Below the pieces are notes generated by a model that saw only the letters and a program-made list of their open reading frames with translations, made no database searches and was not told the DNA's origin. DNA of 60,212 nucleotides, the filler included, from Platydemus manokwari (taxonomy: Eukaryota), in the NCBI GenBank assembly GCA_037951405.1. It is 5 parts of 5 records of this genome, joined end to end, with 100 filler letters (N's around TTAATTAATTAA, not from the genome) between each part and the next. Parts side by side here need not be neighbours in the genome. Positions count along the whole stretch, not along the records: positions 40,750 to 60,212 come from JBBMOY011922494.1; 4 more parts are not named here. The stretch is one strand, 5' to 3'. Made by a program: the position numbers and the translations under genes. Shown one piece after another: positions 54,180-60,212 of this stretch. Positions within the stretch are counted from its first letter, which is position 1; each line of letters opens with the position of its first letter.

Positions 54180-56640
54180 TCTTGTTTTTTATTTCTTCGC
54201 ATGATCATGCATAATGTCCTTTTCTTTTCCACATTTTAAACAGTTAAATTCTCCTTCTGTGTTTACTTTATCTCTGCTGAGTCCCTTCTTGAACCAGTAT
54301 GTTTCTTCCCTATGACCCCTTTTCTTGCAAATAATTCGAACTTTAATTTGGCATTCCTCTGCTATGTGTCATTTTATTCCGTAATTGGAACACTTTTTCT
54401 CTTCGATGCAGATTTCTGCTTAAGTTTATATTCGTTTTTATCATTATTACAATTATGAGTTTCCCTGTCTTCTGGTATACTTAAAACCGAAGCTAAATTT
54501 GGACTTTTCTCAAGGTCATGTTCGGGGTCTTTCAGTTGTGACCATTAAAAATAAATGTTGTCAAAAAATTTCGTATTAGGTCAACTCAATATTATAATTT
54601 TCAATGTATACTACGTTGGAGATTATATCCCTTTCCCTGGGTTTGGCTCTTCCAACATACGTGCCGTCGGTTTTTATTAGTCCACCGAGAATTATAATTT
54701 CTGATAGCCTTTTTAATCGTAAAGGAGACTTAACTAACTAGCCTCAATTTTACTTGGACAAATTTATCATCACAGACTTCGAGAGATATTTTCACATTAC
54801 ATGGAATGAGTTTGGCATCGAGTACAGATGCGCAGATGAAAGCTCCTCAATAGTACTCGGTTGTCGCTTTAGTGACCCTACATTCCTTTACTGTGATCCG
54901 ATAAAATTCAAATGTAATATTGTTCTGGTTCTCCATTTTGTACTTTATGAAGTTGTTAGGTTGGTCATTCCAAGAGGTCTGCCAATGAATATATTATCAA
55001 AAAACCTTGGTTTTCCTAGCCATAAGCGCCAAATATGGCTGTTATCCCCACCAGATTGCAGATCAGCAGGATTTTAACGAATGTGTTGAAGAATCCACTA
55101 TTTAAACCTCCTACCCTATCGTTAATTGTGAGCTCGTTACATCCGAACTGATCCCATCCTATTTGAGTCTTGACCAATGGCTCCATTACATGATTGGCCA
55201 ACTGTGTTACTATATTTTGTGGTTTGTGACTTCCTTCTACTGGATCTCGTTGCCTATGGTTGCTGTCAATATTCGGTTAGTCAATCATGTTAATGCTACA
55301 TTTGCTCGATTATTAATTAGTCCGTCCCTTGTGAGTTCTTGAAACACTTGCTCCGGTTTGGAATTGATCTGAGTCCTAATAGCCTCCATAAGCTGAGGGA
55401 GATATCGATTTATTTCATTGATTAGCCCATTGAACTCTTCGATGCTGATAATAGAGAGTTTACTGTTAGATCACTCTATGACAATCGCTATCGTAACAAG
55501 TAGTTTTTCACTGCAATGCATCTCATAATTCTTCCTTGAATTTGGTTATATGTGGATGTATAGTTAGCGGTTGCTACTTCTTCTTTTCTTTATGAATTGA
55601 GATGGTATTTCCGCGACTATAGCCTTTATTTGTGCGGTTTCTTCTATGTTTACAAATGGTATTTTGGATTCCGGTATCTCTTCGAAATACATGGGCAATG
55701 AGTCCAAGTGATTTGACTCTTCCTAAATTTCTTCCAGTATTACGTCGGATGTAGTTAATGATACTACATATAAATCAATAGGGAATTCTTATTGGGTTTC
55801 TTCTTCTACGGGTTGAGTTAATTAATCTGATCCTCTTTTGGTTGTGGTTCCTTTATGACAGTGATTCTCCTCCAGTGATTGGAGTGAATGAGAACTTGTA
55901 AGACCTTGATAGCCATATTGTAGACATCCATGTCTACCAGATACTCGTCATTATCCACGGAACTTTTCCAAATCGTGATGGTGAAAGGTTCCTTTATTGC
56001 CGTATCAATCTTTATATTTTGTCTCACCTGCTTCACTTTGGTAAAGCATAAATATTGTTTAATCCAGCTACCATGTTCTGTGGTGCGGATACATACAGTG
56101 ACAAGGGGTTGTCCTAATGATTTACATTTCAGTTCATACGTCTGTAATAATAATTGTGGCCCACTTCGATATATAGTAGTGCGTTTCAATAGAGTCGATA
56201 ATATCGGAGCGGCCTGTGTCAGTATCTCTGTAGATGTGGTCACATTAATGTGAGTGGTGAGAAACTGTTTAATTTTCTCCTCTTCGATTTCCAGCTTCTG
56301 TAATTCGGTTTTTAATTCAGTTGGGAATTGAGACAATAATTTTCTTTCCGCTTTCGATAACTCGAATGTAGTTAGTGCGTTTTCTAGTGTGAGTATTGTG
56401 GTTAACCAAAGAGCAGTGTCGTTTAAGATGTATCAACAAAATCAAATATTGTTTTGTTGTTCCACTCGTGTGTTTTAATGTCCTAACTAGAGAACAGTTC
56501 GTGTCCACTGGTAATATTTCCGTTCCGTGCCCTAACGTCGTGTTGGACTCATTTGTTGTGATGCTTGGCGCGGTATCATATCGTGTGAATCTTTCCCGGA
56601 TTGTTTGATTATGATAGCTAAAACGAACCGTGGGTCTTGA
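54180..56640 (-). mobile_element. Decayed retroelement region with two zinc knuckles and long upstream ORF remnants
   Basis: ICKKRGHREETYW and frameshifted CLKCGK..GHYA*SC knuckles at ~54195-54335; higher GC, minus-strand coding bias and a 172-aa residual ORF at 55818-56336. Confidence 0.6.
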
Positions 56641-57116
56641 ATCAATTAATTTAACAAATAAAAATTTGTCCTTTGACTTGAAATATTAATGTCAATTATT
56701 ATGTCTCTAAATGTTTGTTGCCAATGGTATTTGTTCTTAATAATAAGAACAGCTTTATTGATTAATTTTTGAGTGGTGATTTTTGACTAGAATCAGTATA
56801 TCAAATTATTACACACATCATCTCTAGTTGTAAATTGATTAGTCAAATTACAATCTCATTGGTGTTTCAAATAAGATAATCAACCTTAATCAATATAATC
56901 ACATTCATTGTTGATGTAGTTGTTACACTCGTCAAGCATTATAAACAATTTCAAAAATGGAATTTTAAATCTTTCAGTGATATTAATGAAATAAATTATG
57001 AGTGATCTATGTGAGAAATCGGAGTCACAGATTTATTTATTTTTCGTGAAAAAACAAAACAAAGAATAGATAAAAAGTCAATAAATAATATATCAATGCA
57101 AATCGATTGTTTGCAA

Positions 57117-58612
57117 CTATTTTCGATACTCGACAGAAGCTTTGATCAATAATTGATTTGGGATCAACTCAGGCTTGATCGATATTTCGGATGGCTTTAT
57201 CGAAAGCCATTTTTGATCACACCAAAATGGAATGCAATTTTCATTTTTTGGCTTCTGCAATGCGAAATGATCACGATAATCGGAACATTTTATAATGATC
57301 ATTGCATGAGTGAGTCCAGTATTGTGATTGATCACAGCCAGCTCAATATTTCGATCGAAGGGCCATTTGAGATTATCATCAAATGGGCCTTTACAAATGC
57401 AGAAGGAAATCCGTAAATGATCATCATACGGTAGCCACACTGCCAAGCACATCGTATAGCCTTGTGATGAAAATGATTTGCTGAAAATTGTTTTGTTTTT
57501 GATCTTTTCCAATCGCGACATTTCATCTGAATAATTATTAATCTGCCACTGGAAATGTGTTGGTTTGCTGAAACTATTCCCATTCTGCACAATGACCATC
57601 AGCCATATTTTCAACCAATCAAATTAACCTCCATCTTTTCCATTTGTTCTTTACAAATTTTATCGCATCTTGTTCCTAGATGCTCGATTTGTCTGTTTAT
57701 TTCCTCTATGTGTGCCTTCAGCTGCTCCGTTTCTCGGACATAATTATCGATTTTCTTATTTAAATTCGCAACCTGAATAAACAAAATAAATCACAACAAT
57801 ATGAAAGATCGATCACACCTGCTCAATCTTGTCCTGTTTAACAGATTCCAGTTCATATCTCATCGATCGATTCTCATTTTTCAAAGCCACCATTTCTTCA
57901 TTCAATAACTCGATTTCCTTCGTATTCTCCTTTTCCTTTCTCTGCAAATCTGCAATAATTTTCTAAAATATTTTTCAATTACAAAATATTATTTAATAAA
58001 TATCGATTTTACTTGTGTTGTTTGTTTATCGATTATCATTTGTTGTTCGAGATCGATATTTTTGGTTGATGATATATGATTTGCGTTCTTCAAGGATTCG
58101 ATCTCATTTGACAAATTATTGATCCAATTAATCAATAATTTTGTATGAGGATAAATCTCACTTGTAAAGTGATCTTTCACTTTATCATTCGATAACTTCC
58201 TCTCGTCACATCCCAGACTAACCAGTGGACATTGTTGAGGCTGCATTGTGCAGCTATGTAGGTGATCCGCTATCGATATTAATTCTAAGATAAATTCACA
58301 ACCGTCATTGGGACATTTGGTTTGTAGTTTCGATATTCTGTAATTAATAAATTGATTGCTTTGAATATCTTTATCAACATTTAGAAGTTCTTCTCCACAT
58401 AATTCTTTTCCTCCAGGGCATTTCTTTGGCCCATCTTTCAAATATTGATTTATGCATTGCTTGCAAAACAAGCAGAAACAGGGAGCATTATACGCTTCTA
58501 CAAGAATATTTCTGCAAATTGTGCATTTATAATTCGCGTTTGTATTGTCTATGATATCCAAGTTATATTGTCTCATAATTGTCCATATTTTATCGAAATC
58601 TTGATCATTCAT
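57117..58612 (-). CDS. TNF receptor-associated factor (RING, TRAF zinc finger, coiled coil, MATH)
   Basis: Exons 58013-58612 (RING CTICRNIL..APCFCLFCKQCI..KCP; CPNDGC..DHLHSC), 57819-57962, 57629-57772, 57117-57584 (MATH: FSKSFSSQGYTMCL, KGPFDDNLKWPF). Confidence 0.93.
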
Positions 58613-59543
58613 TTTATTCAATCTAAAATTTATGTTTGAAATAATAAATCTATATAAAATGGTTCAAAAAATAATAATTGTAATAATAAATATCGATTGA
58701 TGATTTGTATAAGATGACTGGATAATAGATAATTACTTGGCATAAAATCCCTAATTTATTTGAAATAGAACGCGAGTTAAAATCTATATTGATTCAAATA
58801 AACAAAATCAATGAATATTTTCTCTGAAGAAATGATTGTGAAAAGATTAGCCAATTATTTTATAATTTTACAATTTAATTTATGATGTTGTCAAGGAAAC
58901 GGTTAAAAATAATATTTAAACTAATTGATGTTATACAAGAATTAATGTCACATTCAAAAGGAATTTGAAAATTTGCACATTTTAAAAGTTAATTTCTTGT
59001 TTTATTTATTTAAGATTTTGTGTGTGCAATTTGTCTTCGAGATGCGCGATTATTGTTTCTGCTTTAATTTCATTTCAAGCTTTCTTTGTAAGCTTCAGAA
59101 ATCAATAAGTTCTAACTGGGTTTAATGTAATGTACTGTTTAATCAATACATTTTTTTTTCTCAATACACAATTCTCCCAAATTGTTCCGATTTAATTATC
59201 TTTCACTTCGGTTATCAGCAAGGTGATATCATTGTTTAAATATTTTGCCAAACCTGTTTTGTTATTTTTTGTATTACTTTTTTTGTCGTTTTCCTAAATA
59301 AATTTTGATCACCATTTGTGTTATCTTAAATATTAGAGAGTAAAATTTAAGACATTCACATTATAGGCTTCACTGGTGCAAGGAGGCCTTGCGAATCCTT
59401 GTTGCCACAGTTAATAATATTTTGGGTTTATCATTTAAAACCTTTATTTAGTCGTATTCCAATAGCTTCGTCTCCATTGGGGGTATTGAAGCCCTCACTA
59501 GAGTCAGATAAAATCAAGAACCCACATTCGCAATAAATTCATT

Positions 59544-59566
59544 AATATATATATATATATATATAT
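59544..59566. repeat. (TA)n microsatellite
   Basis: About 11 TA units. Confidence 0.9.
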
Positions 59567-60212
59567 CTAAATTAAATTTATATATATACAGAATTAGAGG
59601 ACCATCTTAACATTTTTAATATAATAAAAAGGATATAAAATCCATAAATAGAAATATAAATAATATAAAACCCAATAATAGATAAAAATAAAACAAAATA
59701 TTATTAATAATATATAAAATAATAGAGAAAAGGAATCAGATAAAATAATATAACTAAAATAAAGATTGATGAGTTTCGGGTTTGTCGGTTTCATTGTTTT
59801 ATTATCTCAGTCTCAAATTTTAATCTATGTTCTGATAGGTCAAAGTTGTCTTATCAGTTTCACACGGTTCTAACCAATCAGAAGATACAATTCTAAGCTT
59901 TATAATTTTCTTTATTCGCTTCGAGTATAATATTGTATGGAGACAATATATACGGCAACAATGATCTACATAGTTTAGTGTCATTTTCGGTGAATATTAA
60001 ATATATTACGTAAGAACCGTAGAAAGCAGGAAGTTCGACTTTGTAAATAGTAGTGTTCATATCAAATATGAGCACAAATGGGAAAATTAATGTACCAGGT
60101 GTGTCGGTAATTCCTTTCCGGTTTTTTCGCTAAACAAAAAAAACAAAACACAAACAAAACAAAATTTATTTATTCAAAGTATTGGCCATATGATTCTATA
60201 CATTTTGTCCAT

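Noticed and set aside
55930-56253. Antisense ORFs overlapping TE or TRAF coding sequence (also 51363, 51610, 57153, 57555, 58445)
   Set aside because: Shadow frames of the real opposite-strand coding regions.
14821-58612. Apparent ubiquitin/immune gene cluster (ADRM1, COPS8, TRAF, IL-17-like)
   Set aside because: The genes lie on different contigs joined by artificial spacers (only GHITM, COPS8 and TRAF share one); no evidence of functional clustering.

Overview
Very AT-rich eukaryotic (metazoan) genomic DNA with tiny 42-50 nt introns, an intronless rhodopsin-type GPCR and a TRAF gene, consistent with a flatworm (probably planarian; inference). The window is five contigs joined by identical 100-nt spacers (44 N + TTAATTAATTAA + 44 N), so adjacency across them is unproven. 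Supportable genes: ADRM1/Rpn13 (9 exons), an orphan GPCR, a partial ABCB1/P-glycoprotein, a small secreted Cys-rich protein with IL-17/cystine-knot-like spacing, GHITM (with a GC-AG intron), COPS8 and a RING-ZnF-coiled coil-MATH TRAF. Intergenic DNA is mostly decayed mobile elements (mariner/Tc1, hAT, MITE, solo LTRs, Ty3/Gypsy, REL-type LINE) plus a ~570-bp tandem repeat. Most interesting, all by eye and needing HMM confirmation: (1) a ~3.6 kb decayed, same-strand multi-ORF segment at ~4.05-7.65 kb that reads like an endogenised rhabdovirus-like N-(P)-(M)-G fragment; (2) the IL-17-like orphan apparently lacking one cystine-knot disulfide pair; (3) the GPCR probably nested antisense in an ABCB1 intron; (4) a retroelement relic with possible macro-like domains upstream of zinc knuckles.
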